Assembly (NCBI RefSeq): GCF_006345805.1
Contig: NC_043014.1
Span: forward strand, 14,260,001 to 14,324,000
Reading direction: 5' to 3'
From: Octopus sinensis
Taxonomy: Eukaryota
DNA: 64,000 nt
Shown here: piece by piece, positions 48,146 to 61,936 of the stretch
Position numbering within the stretch: position 1 is the first letter of the stretch
How the letters are laid out: each line of letters starts with the position of its first letter
Translations under genes and position numbers: made by a program
Notes under the pieces: generated by a model
Databases searched by the model: none
What the model saw: the letters and a program-made list of their open reading frames with translations, nothing else
What the model was told of the DNA's origin: nothing

Positions 48146-48698
48146 CCGGCACGCGAAATTTTTTTCCCACGAGAGTTCCGGACCCCAGTTATGAACTCAT
48201 TTGCATACAGCCAATCAGAACTCAACTATCAAACTAATTTATGAGCGCATAACAAGTGATGGGTGATAAGATAAGGTCACTTGGGTAAGGAATGACCATA
48301 CTTCTTTTCTCTTTTAATAATGCTTGTTATTCTTGTTCTTGTTTCAACCATGGCTGCCTCTGCGTAGTTATTTGTCTCGTTGTTTACTTTGTAAAGCAGT
48401 AAGAGTTGCTATCACATCACCCTCTACCCACATTTTTCCCATCCACATCTTTACCATATGGGGCCCTAACAAAACCCGATAATAGGTATAGATGCAGATC
48501 TATCTAATTACTTGTCTCCTTCTAAAACCAGGCGTAGTTTGGAGATCGGTCGACTTACAACACCGTTCCTCGTCTTGAGTTTACATGGTAGAGTGTATTT
48601 GTTAACTTAACAAGGTCAAGGTGAGCTCTGATTGGCTGTAGGCAAATGAATTCATTACTGGGCTCCGGAACTCAAGTGGCAAAAAATTTCGCTACCGG
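48146..48698. mobile_element. MITE with ~85-bp TIRs
   Basis: ccggcacgcgaaatt...gagttccgga.cccagt.atgaa.tcatttgc.tacagccaatcaga is inverted at 48622-48698. Confidence 0.85.
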
Positions 48699-49920
48699 CA
48701 CACTGATAAGCTTGTACAACAGTGATCAGAATGGTATATATACTTAGATTATGGTATTCTTTTTATAAACTAAAGTATGTTCATTATATATAAGCATATG
48801 TTTGTAAAAAGAAAATATAAACTTTAACCTTAAAAATTGCCTTTTCCTATTCTGCTGATGGTGAAGTAATTTTCCTCTCATTTCGTCTTATTTTGTTGAT
48901 GTTACGCGAGTACTGACAACTACAGTGATAACTGATTTGGGTACTTGTTAGCAGTGCAGTTATGCACGGTCCATCTTTACGAAAAATAATTCCTATCTTC
49001 GTTGAAGTGGCGAAGAGAATTTCTCTTTGCCATCAAGTTTTTGTTCATTGTTGCGAAGATGACAAATTGTTTCCATCTGTCAGTGCACGTAATAGAATTA
49101 GAAGCAATAAATTTGAATCAGAAATAATTATTAACTGTAACAAAATTGTTTTCTGCCGAAGGAACATTATGCGCTATGCCTGGCTTGGACGAAAATATGA
49201 CAACTTCCACTGAGAGCAGAATACATACTAGTCTTCTGCCACATAATACGACAATCCTGATTGGTTAATTACTTATCAAGTCATCGTACTATTGCGATAA
49301 TGTTGCTGATTAGGTGAATGTTAAACTTAATGGATGTAAAGCCATTGGTCAATCTATATCCGGACATATATTTAAATGCATATAAATACATGTGGAGGCA
49401 CATGGCCTAGTGGTTAGAGCAGCGGATTCGCGGTCGAGAGATCGCGGGTTCGAATCTCAGACCGGGCGATGTGTGTGTTTATGAGCGAAACACCTAAGAC
49501 CCTCGTGGCTCCGGCAGAAGGTAATGGCGAACTTCTGCTGACTCTCTCACTCTTTCCTCCTGCGTCTTGCAGCTCACCTGCGACGAACCGGCGTTCCGTC
49601 CAGGTGGAGAACCTATACGCCAAGGAAACCGGCCCTTATGAGCCAGGCTTGGCTCGAGAAGGAACAAACAATATAAACACATAGAGCCACACCTGTGCAA
49701 TTTTTATCAATGAAAATATTCGGTGTTGAGATATATATAGTTCATAGATTATTAGCTGCGAATTAAGTCATTGTCTCTAGTTTAGTTATACGACACAGCT
49801 TGAAACTAGAGACATAGTGACCTAATACACACATACATATACACATACATATATACAAATACACATACATACATATACCATACATGCATACATATATACA
49901 TACATGCATACATACATATA

Positions 49921-49982
<62 letters not shown>

Positions 49983-50694
49983 CATAGATAGAGAGATATA
50001 GAGAGAGAGAGAAAGAAATAATAGATAGATAAACTTGGAAGTGGATGCGTGGCGTTCGATCATATAATGACAAAATAATAAATAAAACATATGCATATAT
50101 ACATACATATATGTACGTACCTACATTTATATGTATATATACTTGCATATATGGGTACAGGACACCAGAAAAAAAAACGTCGAACACAATGAGAAACGAA
50201 GACATAAAAACAAAACAATAGAAACGGACATTTTTTTAAACAACGAAAAAATAGAGTAAAAGATATACAACATAAAGAAAATTCCCCTTCTTCAGCCGCC
50301 CCTGCTTCGTCTACTCCGTGTTTCGAAGGTAAGAGCAAGACACATCTTCGTTGAAACAGTCCTTCCCGCAAAGAAAATTAAATAAAATTTAGGATTTTTT
50401 GCGGAGGGATAAAAAGTGATAACAAGAACAGGACAGTAAAAGCAAAACAAGACAGTAAAAGTACAAATATAAACAGTAAAAAACAGGACAAGGAGAATAA
50501 CAGTAACACAAACGGTAAAGGTTGTTAAGCCGAAACGAAGGAAAAATTATTTTGAACGCTATGAGAATAACGGCTTAAGAAAGGGACAGGAAAACCGTCT
50601 ACACTTGTTGGAGGCACTAGTCAGAAAGACAGTGGCCCTCTAGTCACATGTCAGCCACGAGAGGGAGGAGGAGGAGTAAGAGAAAGGGAACGGT

Positions 50695-50725
<31 letters not shown>

Positions 50726-51742
50726 GTACGTATATATGAATATATATATATATGTATAAGTGTATATGTATATGTATGTTTATATACATATACATATATA
50801 TTATATAATATATTGTGCATAAACACGCCCACACACACACAATCTATAATATTTCGCTTAGGCATTGCAAGACCAATAACCTGGGGTAGAACTCAATATA
50901 CGTATGTTTCAGAACAAAATGATGAGTATAGAGTGGTAATAAGAAAAAGAAAGGACAAAAGAATAAACAATGGTTATGTTATGAACTTCATTATCTTACA
51001 GCTGTTTCGCGCCTGAATAACATCCTATAGCTTCGTCGGAGCCTTGAATATAAAGTGCAATTTATTTAGGGTGGGCGTGGGGAAAGAAATACAATTATGC
51101 AATATAAAGGGAAGGCATTACAACTGAGAGAGTCATTTCAGGTGTATATAAGAAAGTGTATGTCTAAAAAGTAATTAGGTTTACTAGTAGAAAACTTTAA
51201 AAAAATATATGTATATATTCTTTCCTACTCTAGGCACAAGGCCCGAATGTTTGGGAAGGGGGCCAGTCGATTAATTCGACCCCAGGACGCAACTGATACG
51301 TAATTTATCGACCCCGTAAGGATGAAAGGCAAAGTCGACCTCGGCGGAATTTAAACTCAGACGGACGAAAATATACGTATATATATATATATAATATACA
51401 CATGTAAAACGCACGCAGACACAATATACCATAACTTCGTGAACAACGAAAGAGGATTCAGTCCTACATTGAGATTTTATCACTGCGTATCTGCATGTGT
51501 TTATCCAGTGCGTGTGCATGTATATATATGCATATATTTTTTCTACTTTGAACTTACACTTTTGTTATTCAGGAACTCAACTATAGCAGAAACTTCATAA
51601 CATAATCATAGTTTTTCTTGTATCGTCTCTATTCCTTGTAATTTATAATATATCTATTATAATTATATATATAATTCCGCGTGTGTATCGTTGGCGATTT
51701 TCTTTCTCCGTCTTCCCTTCTTTGGACCTTTTCTTTTTCTAT

Positions 51743-51777
51743 GTTTCTGACGAAGAGCTCCGCTCGAAACGTTAAAT
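51743..51777 (+). ncRNA. Hammerhead-like motif, extra-A variant
   Basis: guuu CUGACGA a GAGC ucc GCUC GAAA cgU U aaau; same host repeat as 43395-43560. Confidence 0.6.
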
Positions 51778-52212
51778 CCTCCTTCTTTCTTTCCTTTTCT
51801 GAGCGTCCAATAACACTATACTTTTCCCACGTCCTCGCGTTGTTGTGTTTTCTCTTTGTTCATGTTTGGATTAGGAGCACTTCGTCGGTTGCGACGACAA
51901 GGGCCCCAGCTGATACGATCAACGGAACAGCTTGCTCGTGAAATTAACGTGCAAGTGGCTGAGCACTCCACAGACACGTGTACCCTTAACGTAGTTCTCG
52001 GGAAGATTCAGCGCGACAAAGAGTGTGACAAGGCTGGCCCTTTGAAATACAGGTACTACTCAATTTTTGCTAGCTGAGCGAACTAGAGCAACGTGAAATA
52101 ATGTGCCTTGCTCAAGGACACAACACGCCGCAGGGAATTGAACTCACGACCTTACCATCATGAGCCGAATGTCCTAACCACTAAGTCACGCGCCTTCACA
52201 TGTTTGGATTAG

Positions 52213-52281
<69 letters not shown>

Positions 52282-52360
52282 ATATTATAATTATAATATA
52301 TATATATATATTATATAATTATCTATATATATATAAAGATATATATATATACATATATAC

Positions 52361-52570
52361 ACAAATATTCTATAATTATAAACATAATTATAATTAGGGG
52401 TCAGCTAATTGCTTCACCACATACCGAATTTAGAAATAGGCGTTAAAAATTCCTTTTTTTACTGCAGTAGTAGAAAAGGAAATTTAAAATCCTATTTCTA
52501 TATTCGGTATGTGGTGAAGCAATTAGCTGGCCCTTAATTATAATTATGTCTATAATTATAGAATATTTGT
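52361..52570. repeat. ~210-bp fold-back palindrome centred on ACTGCAGT
   Basis: ggtcagctaattgcttcaccacataccgaat...attcggtatgtggtgaagcaattagctggcc; centre 52464/52465. Confidence 0.92.
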
Positions 52571-52661
52571 ATAATTTTACCTATAAAGGTTATTTTAACG
52601 TACCGATCTACTTGGTAAAATTATTAATTAATTGATTGATTAATTTTACCTTTTTATAATA

Positions 52662-52720
<59 letters not shown>

Positions 52721-52749
52721 TAATGATAATAATAATAATAAAAATAATG

Positions 52750-52787
<38 letters not shown>

Positions 52788-52858
52788 TATTATTATTATT
52801 ATTACACACACACACATACACACACACATACACACACACACATACACACATATATATA

Positions 52859-52894
<36 letters not shown>

Positions 52895-53036
52895 TGTATG
52901 TATGTATGTATGTATGTATATGTATGTATGAATATTTGCAAGACTGTGAAATTTACTTGATACAGTTTTACAAAGTATAAAAAAGATTAAAAGAAAGTTG
53001 TAAATTCTTTATCAGAACGTCAGTACCTTTTTGGAA

Positions 53037-53119
<83 letters not shown>

Positions 53120-53138
53120 CTATATATATATATATATA

Positions 53139-53207
<69 letters not shown>

Positions 53208-53588
53208 AACAAAAACGCAATAGAAGGCATTAAAACGTTCGGATAGTTAGACGATACAAAGGCGGACAAGAGAAACAACAATTAGAAGGTCAGTCAAAAA
53301 AAAAAAAAAAAAACGGGTCATTCTTGGCTTTCTTTCATCAGTTAAGTCCCAGAAGTCACGACCATTTCGGGCAGCTACACTTGAAATGGTTCGATCTGGT
53401 TACGCCCCCCCCCACCACAAAAAAGTCTAAGCTAAGAGCATTAGACCCATTTAAGTCTTTGTTAAAACTACTTGATACAGTTTTATCGAGTATAAAAAAT
53501 AAAAAACGATTTTAAAAATAATACTTGTTAATTCTTTATCAGAACATCACTAACCTTTTAGAAGACCTTCCTTTCTGGAGTGCGAGCG

Positions 53589-53661
<73 letters not shown>

Positions 53662-53909
53662 ATATTATATGTATTATATAATATATATAATATATATATA
53701 TATATATAATATATATATATATATTATATTATATATATATATATATATAGAGTTGTCTATAATCTAATGTTCCATGGGTGCGAAACCATTGCCACTTTAT
53801 GACCGACATATATTTAACTGTATGTATATTCTACTGCTGTATGCTTTCAAATGTGCTTCTTTTTGGATATATGATCCACTGACGACGTGTATATATATAT
53901 ATATATATA

Positions 53910-53946
<37 letters not shown>

Positions 53947-54244
53947 AATTATATATATAATTATATATGTATACACATATATGTATATGTGAGAGAGTGT
54001 ATGTGTGAGTGTGTGTTTTTGCGTGTGTTCATGTACACCGTAGTATATAATACCTTCAATAGAATGCGAAATTACTTGCACGTGAGTAACAGCCGGTACT
54101 AATTTACTGATGCACTAACAGAGTTTCAATTTCATTTCAAGGTTATAACCCACTACAAAACATTGATCTATTAATTGTTTTTTATAATCAGCAGTGTGTT
54201 TCTATAGAAATATAATGTAAACGAGCAAAGTTAATTACCACATC

Positions 54245-54697
54245 AATATGTCTGTTCGATGTTACTACCGATTGAATTTCAGGCAGATCTTTCGTCAGCT
54301 GGTTGTAGGTCCAGCCTACATATTGTATATATTGCAAGCAGGGGAGCGAACTCCTATCATCCCCCAACAGTATAGTTTCTACTGTCATCAAATATTGAGA
54401 TTTTCCAGCTGTTTACTTTGCTTGTTGCAAACCAGTGACCAATGGTCGCTTTGTTTTCTATATTTTGCAATCTGGAACGGACTCTAGCTGTTTCTCTATC
54501 GACCGAGTATTCACAACTGAGGATAGGCAGAAATATCCCGAAACCGAGTCGGTTTCGTGATTCCCTCATCTGCAGCAGGGTGGTAGGGGTTCGCTCTCCT
54601 GCTTACTTTATATACAAATGTGCAGGCTACACCTATAACCAGTTGGCGGAAGGTCTGTCTGGGGGTTCAAACGGTAGTAACATCGGACAGCCATATT
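54245..54697. mobile_element. MITE with ~115-bp TIRs
   Basis: aatatgtctgttcgatgttactaccg...gagcgaactccta mirrored by tagggg ttcgctc...cggtagtaacatcggacagccatatt. Confidence 0.85.
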
Positions 54698-56542
54698 AGT
54701 GTGGCGATTAACTTATTTGTCAATGAGGCGAGCTGGCAGAACCGTTAGCACGCCGGGCGAAATGCGTAGCCGTATTTCGTCTGCCGTTACGTTCTGAGTT
54801 CAAATTCCGCCGAGGTCGACTTTGCCTTTCATCCTTTCGGGGTCGATTAAATAAATACCAGTTACGCGCTGGGGTCGATATAATCGACTTAATCCGTTTG
54901 TCTGTCCTTGTTTGTTCTCTTTGTGGTTAGCCCCTTGTGGGTAGTAAAGAAATAGGTATTTTGTCTGCCGATACGTTCTGAGTTCAAATTTCGCCGAGGT
55001 CGACTTTGCCTTTCATCCTTTCAGGGTCGATAAATTAAGTACCAGTTACGCACTGGGTCGATGTAATCGACTTAATCCTTTTGTCTGTTCTTGTTTGTCT
55101 CCTCTATGTTTAGCCTCTTGTGGGCAATAAAGAAATAAGAAACGTTAGCACGCTGGGTGAAATACTTAGCGGTATATCGCCTGTCTTTACGTTCTGAGTT
55201 CAAATTCCGCCGAGGTTGACTTTGTCTTGCATCTTTTCGGGGTCGATAAATTAAGTACCAGTTGCGTACAGGGGTCGATCTAATCGACTGGGCCCGTCCC
55301 CCAAAATTTCGGGACTTGTGCCTAGAGTAGAAACTTTACTTGTCAGTATAGTTACTACTCTCATCTGTTATCTCTTTTACTCTTTTACTTGTTTCAGTCA
55401 TTTGACTGCGGCCATCCTGGAGCACCGCCAAAAGTTGAGCGAATCGACCCCAGGACTTATTCTTTGTAAGCCTAGTACTTATTCTATCGGTCACTTTTGC
55501 CGAACTGCTAGTTTACGGGGACGTAAACACACCAGCATCGGTTGTCAAGCGATTTTGGGGGAGGGGGGCAAACACAGATACACGAACACACACACACGCA
55601 CATACACACACACACACACACACAATATATACATATATACATGTATACGACAGGCTTCTCTCAGTTTCCGTCTACCAAATCCACTCACAAGGCTTTGGTT
55701 GGCCCGAGGCTATAGTAGAAGACACTTGTGCAAGGTGTCATGCAGTGGGACTGAATCCGGGACCATGTGGTTGGTAAGCAAGCTACTTACCACACAGCCA
55801 CTCCTACGCCTACAGAGTATTAAAGGAAAAAAAAAGAAATACTGCTAAGGGTTTCACAGAGCGTGCTAAAGTTTCTTATTTCTTTATTGCCCATAAGGGG
55901 ATAAACATAGAGGAGACAAGCAAGGACAGACACACGGATTAAGTCGATTATATCGATCCAGTGCGAAACCGGTACTTATTTAATCGACGCCGAAAGGATG
56001 AAAGCAAAGTCGATCTCGGCGGAATTTGAAGTCAGAACGTAGCGGCAGACCTATTTCTTTACTACCCACAAGGGGCTGAACACAGAGAGGACAAACAAGG
56101 ACAGACAAACGGATTAAGTCGATTATATCGACCCCAGTGCGTATCTGGTACTTATTTAGTCGACACCGAAAGGATGAAAGGCAAAGTCGACTTCAGCGGC
56201 ATTTGAACTCAGAACGTAGCGACAGACGAAATACGACTAAGCATTTCACCCGGTGCGTTAACGTTTCTGCCAGCTATTGAGATTTTACAACTTTCTACCT
56301 TGTTTAATGTAAACACATTGTCACTGAATACGATATAATCAGACAGCTTGCACTCTTATGTTGATATTTCAGTATACACCGAGTTTTCTTCTTTTCTGTG
56401 CACGAATGGAATTCGATTAAAAAAAAAAACAATGGTTACATCTGTCTATACATGTTTATAGATAGAATCTGATGTATATTATAACATTGAAACATAACAC
56501 AGTTAAACGTACCAGTAATATATATATATAAATACAGTTTAC

Positions 56543-56750
56543 ATTTAAACACATAAGAGGCATCCATCATTAGGACTCCTTCCACGCTAGAGAGAACAGT
56601 TAAATTCCAAACCACTATTAGGGATTAGATGATAAATGTTTTTATTGTTTATTCCCCTCGAAATTTTATCCCTAATAGCGGTTTGGAATTTAACTGTTCT
56701 CTCTAGCGTGCAAGGAGTCCCAATGATAGATGCCTCTTATGCGTTTAAAT
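56543..56750. repeat. 83-bp inverted repeat with 42-nt spacer
   Basis: Arms 56543-56625 and 56668-56750. Confidence 0.92.
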
Positions 56751-56853
56751 ATACATTGTATTTTTATGAATAATATATAGCCTATTGACAAAATTTTTAC
56801 ACGCTAGGCAATTGGTAATGCAATGGAAATTTCTAATATTTCTGATTATTGAT

Positions 56854-56923
<70 letters not shown>

Positions 56924-57147
56924 CTTTACTACCCACAAGGGGCTAAACACAAAAGGGACAAACAGGACAGACAAACGGATTAAGTCGATTATATCGACTC
57001 CAGTGCGTAACTGGTACTTTATTTATCGACCCCGAAAGGATGAAAGGGAAAGTCGACCTCGGCGGAATTTGAACTCAACGTAACGGCAGACGAAATACGG
57101 CTTCGCATTTCGCCCGGCGTGCTACCGTATCTGCCAGCTCGCCGCCT

Positions 57148-57198
<51 letters not shown>

Positions 57199-58049
57199 TC
57201 TTTTACTCTTTTACTTGTTTCAGTCATTTGACTGCGGCCATGCTGGAGCACCGCCTTTAGTCGAGCAAATCGACCCCAGGACTTATTCTTTGTAAGCCCA
57301 GTTCTTATTCTATCGGTCTCTCTTGCCGAACCGCTAAGTGACGGAGACGTAAACACACCAGCATCAGTTGTCAAGCAAATGCTAGGGGAACAAACGCAGA
57401 CACACAAACACACACACATACATATATATATACATATACATATATACGACTGGCTTCTTTCAGTTTCCGTCTACCAAATTAACTCACAAGGCATTGGTCG
57501 GCCCGGGGCTATAGCAGAAGACACTTGCCCAAGATGCCACGCAGTGGGACTGAACCCGGAACCATGTGGTTGGTTAGCAAGCTACTTACCACACAGCCAC
57601 TCCTGTGCCTATGTATTATATATATATATATATATATAATATATATATATGTGTGTGTGTGTGTTGTGTGTGTGTGTGTGTTGCAGTCAACTAATACAGG
57701 ACTGAATCCGTGGATAAGAGTGGGTGGGGAACGGCATAGAATAAACAGACGGGTCATATGTTGAGAGGTGTTGCAGACAGAGAAAATGTGAAAAAGAGAC
57801 GACTCGCTGGTATAGGTGGGATGTGAAGAGTCAAAATAGGGATGGGAATCAGTGGTAAAAAGTTAACCCCAACATCACGTAGGGCAATGGCTCGTTTGTC
57901 CAGAAGGTCCTGCCCTTACCGAGGCATTCTGTTTGTTTTGTTGGCAGGTTCATCATCCATCGCCGGCATTGTGTGCAACAGTCAAAATACTTTGTTTGAA
58001 AGAAAAGGAGATAAGTTTATACTTGGTATAATTTCTCCAAGTAAATGAA

Positions 58050-58129
58050 GTCACATGTTGTAGTAGTTGTAGTAGTAGTAGTAGTACTTGTTGTTGTTGT
58101 TGTGTTGTTGTTGTTCTTCTTCTTCTTCT

Positions 58130-58162
<33 letters not shown>

Positions 58163-58225
58163 TTATCTGTCTGTCTGTCTGTCTGTCTGACTATCTATCT
58201 ATCTATCTATCTATCTATCCATCGA

Positions 58226-58256
<31 letters not shown>

Positions 58257-58285
58257 GTCTATCTGTCTGTCTGTCTGTCTGTCTG

Positions 58286-58344
<59 letters not shown>

Positions 58345-58385
58345 GTCTGTCTGTCTATCTGTCTGTCTGTCTGTCTGTATGTCTG

Positions 58386-58428
<43 letters not shown>

Positions 58429-58450
58429 ATCTGTCTATCTATCTACATAC
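58050..58450. repeat. Compound microsatellite (GTA)/(GTT)/(CTT)/(CT)/(TATC)/(TGTC)n
   Basis: Directly visible. Many other microsatellites, e.g. (AAT)n 3718-3772, (ATT)/(CAT)n 20953-21060, (CA)n 24008-24150, (TA)n 41560-41940, (AAAAAT)n 44240-44400, (AAT)n 52655-52800. Confidence 0.97.
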
Positions 58451-58588
58451 ATTTACATATATAAGGATACTGTAATTAACATAATTAAGCCAACTCTGCA
58501 TTAAACTTATAATTAAGCGAACTTCTTTTTCTGATAAGTCAGTAGAAAGTAGCACCATGAAGTGTAAGAGAGAGAGAGAGAGAGTGGG

Positions 58589-58651
<63 letters not shown>

Positions 58652-58994
58652 AAATGAGAGAGAGTTGGGGGATGCTATAACACAGCGTTACTTTTAGAAG
58701 CATATTTGTATAAATCGCATTCAATAACAATTTTATTTAAAACTTATATTTGCCAACTCTGATTAAGATTATTTAAGGTTAGAGGTTTGCCAGCTGTGAC
58801 CAGCTCGTATTATATTCAGAGACATTGTATTTAGGACCTCCGTTTTTAAAAAGACGGTAGGTAGCTTGCAATTTAAGATTTTATTGATATTTTTAGCTTA
58901 ATTGATCGAACGCTTGGTTTTGTTAGTAAATGCCTAAGAGACAATATTGAAAAGCTACGGGTGAAAAATTATGTTGCGCAGGATGAATATTATT

Positions 58995-59380
58995 GGCAGA
59001 GACGCCCTAAATGTTACTGAAACAGGAGGAAGAACAACAGAGCAAGCAAATGGAGAAAAATGGGACTACGTGGCCAATTCATGCAACAGTCTGAGGATGT
59101 TGGAAATAAAAAACTTTGGCTATGGCTAGCAAACGGAGACTTGAAACGAGAGGCTGAAGCGCTGACGATAGCCGCTCAAGTACAAACCTTTAGGATGAAT
59201 TTGGTAAAGGCAAAGTCAGAGAGCAAAAGCAGAAGTTGAAGGAAAGTATCGATCATCTCTTGAGTGCAGTAAGCTAGCGCAAAAAGAGTTTAAACGCAGG
59301 CACGACTGTATAAGTAAAAGAGTGCATGGAAATGTTAGCCGTGTGTATGGCTTGGAAACAACAGGAGAGTGGTTGAAAGA
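58995..59380 (+). mobile_element. R4/Dong-like LINE fragment (post-RT region and CCHC knuckle)
   Basis: W....LRGQF...KLWLWLANGDLKREAEALTIAAQ...ESIDHLLS.CSKLAQKEFKRRHD across frameshifts. Confidence 0.8.
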
Positions 59381-59381
59381 G

Positions 59382-59424
<43 letters not shown>

Positions 59425-60310
59425 AGAGAGAGAGTTTTAGTTAGTTAGCTAACTATCTAACTATATATATATATATAAGAGTGTGTGTGTATATCAATGT
59501 TTGTTTTTATGTTCAGTTATAATAAAAACCAATTGTTCATTAATCTGATAGGTTACTCTATACTTTTGTAGAGTACAAATTTATTGCAGAATACACAGTT
59601 CTAACGTAGTGGATGTAAAACTCTGGAGAAAAAATCTGTCCAAACCATTAGATTTCCCACTCTTCGCGGCAAGTCTACTGTGTTCTTTCTTAATCGGTTT
59701 TATCAGACGATACAAGTCGCATATTTCTATTGTTTAAGTGTTCGCAGACCAACACTAGTAACTTTAGAATCGGTTTGATTATATAATTAATAAGTTAGCT
59801 GGTTAGTAAAACCTATACATCGAAAGGGGACATAGTTACCAATTTAATTATTTTAAATTGTAGGAAAATAGGGAATGGAAATGGTAAGGAGATAGGATAA
59901 TAGTACATCCTGATCATGATCAAGAGCCTATTTGAGTTATGAATGATGAAGGCTTTTGGTTCTAGTTTTTTCATATTTTTACATTATTACGTTTTCGTAT
60001 ACTTATATTTTATAAGCATAAGCATGACTGTGAGGTGAGGAAGTTTGCCTTGCAATCACGTAGTTTCGGGTTCACGTTGTGCAAATGTCCTCTGTAATAG
60101 CCCCGGGCCGATTAAAGCCTTGTGAAAGAATCTGGTAGATGAAAACTGTGAATGCCGTCGTATATATATATGAGAGGCTATGTGGTAAGTAGCTTCCTTA
60201 TCAACTGCATGGTCCCGGGTTCAGTCCCTCTGCATGGCACCTTGGGCAAGTGTCTTCTACTATAGCCTCTCGGGCCGACCGAAGCCTTGTGAGTGGATTT
60301 GGTAGATTTC

Positions 60311-60354
<44 letters not shown>

Positions 60355-61859
60355 TGTGTGTTTGTTTGTTTGTTCCCTCCCCCACCATCGCTTGACAACC
60401 GATGTTGATGTGTTTGCGTCGCGTAACCAAGTGGTTCGGCAAAAGAGACCGATAGAATAAGTACTAGGCTTACAAAGATTAAGTCCTATGGTCGATTTGT
60501 TCGACTAAAGGCGGTGCTGCAGCATGGCCGCAATCAAATGACTGAAACAAATAAAAGAGTAAAGAGCATATATATATATAAATAAATATATATATGTATA
60601 TGTGTGTATGTGTGTGTGTGTTTTGTTTCTGTCTGTCCCGTCCACCGCTTGGCAACCAGCGTTGGTTTGTTTACGCTACGTAACGTAGCGGTTCAGCAGA
60701 AGAGAAGGATAGAATAAGAACCGGACTTTGAAATAATGATTAAGTGCTTTGGGCGATTTGTTCGACTAAACTATTCAAGGCGGTGCCCCAGTATGACCGC
60801 AGTCCAATGAATGAAACAAAAATAAAAATAAAATAGAATGAAAGGTCCTTATATCCTGTAGTCTACCTTTTATATGTCATTCACATCTTTCGTGGCTGTG
60901 TGGTAAGAAGCTCGCATCCCAGCCACATGGTTCTGTGTTCAGTCCCAGTCTGTGACATCTTAGGCAAGTGCCTTCTCCTATAGCCCCGGGACGGACAAAA
61001 CTGGAAGATCGAAACTGAAAGAAGCTCGTCATATTACATATATATATATGAGTCTGTGTTTGTCCCCCCGCCCACAATCGGTGTTGGTGTGTTTATGTCC
61101 CCGTAACTTAGCGGTTCGACAAAAGAGCCCGATATAACAAGTAGTCTGTGTTTGTCCCCCCGCCCACAATCGGTGTTGGTGTGTTTATGTCCCCGTAACT
61201 TAGCGGTTCGACAAAAGAGCCCGATATAACAAGTAGTGGTCTTTAAAAAAATAAGTACTGGGGTAGATTCATTGGACTTAAAATTCTTCAAGGTGGTGCT
61301 CCAGCATGGCCGCGGTCTAATGACTGAAACAAGTGAAAGATTATTGTATTGTTTTATTCTATCTTATTTTGTTGGGCCTTATACAATTGTCAACCCGGCT
61401 GTTTCTGCTAACATTTTATTCCCTGCAGCATCGGATACTTAAGATGTCTGTCTTCTTGATTTGACAAGCTTCACATATTTCTTTAAATATTTTTATAATG
61501 AACTTTTCTTAAATTGGTGAGTTTAGATTTCTGCCTATGGATGTATGTGGAGGCACATGGCCTGGTGGTTAGAGCAGCGGTCTCTCGGTCGAGGGATTGC
61601 AGATTCGAATCTCAGACCGGGCGATGTGTGTGTTTATGAGCGAAACACCTAAGCTCCACGCGGCTCCGGCAGAAGGTAATGGCGAACGTCTGCTGGCCCT
61701 TTCGCCACCACTTTCACTCTTTCCTCCTGCATCTTGCAGCTCACTTGCGACGGACCGGCGTCCCGTCCAGGCGGGGAACCTATACTCCAAGAAAACTGGG
61801 AAACCGGCCCTTATGAGCCAGACGTGGCTCGAGAAGGAACAAACAACTATGTATGTATG

Positions 61860-61936
<77 letters not shown>

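Noticed and set aside
53325-53395. CTGATGA and GAAATGGTC on the minus strand near a short hairpin
   Set aside because: Order and helices do not fit a type I, II or III hammerhead.
52955-53570. Local ~80-bp diverged duplication (52955-53035 and 53470-53570)
   Set aside because: Real but short and diverged, with no interpretable structure.
55318-55848. SINE- and microsatellite-derived ORFs (also 17622..18053, 41013..41486, 58045..58464, 61597..62172 and many more)
   Set aside because: The translations are SINE consensus or dinucleotide/tetranucleotide repeats.
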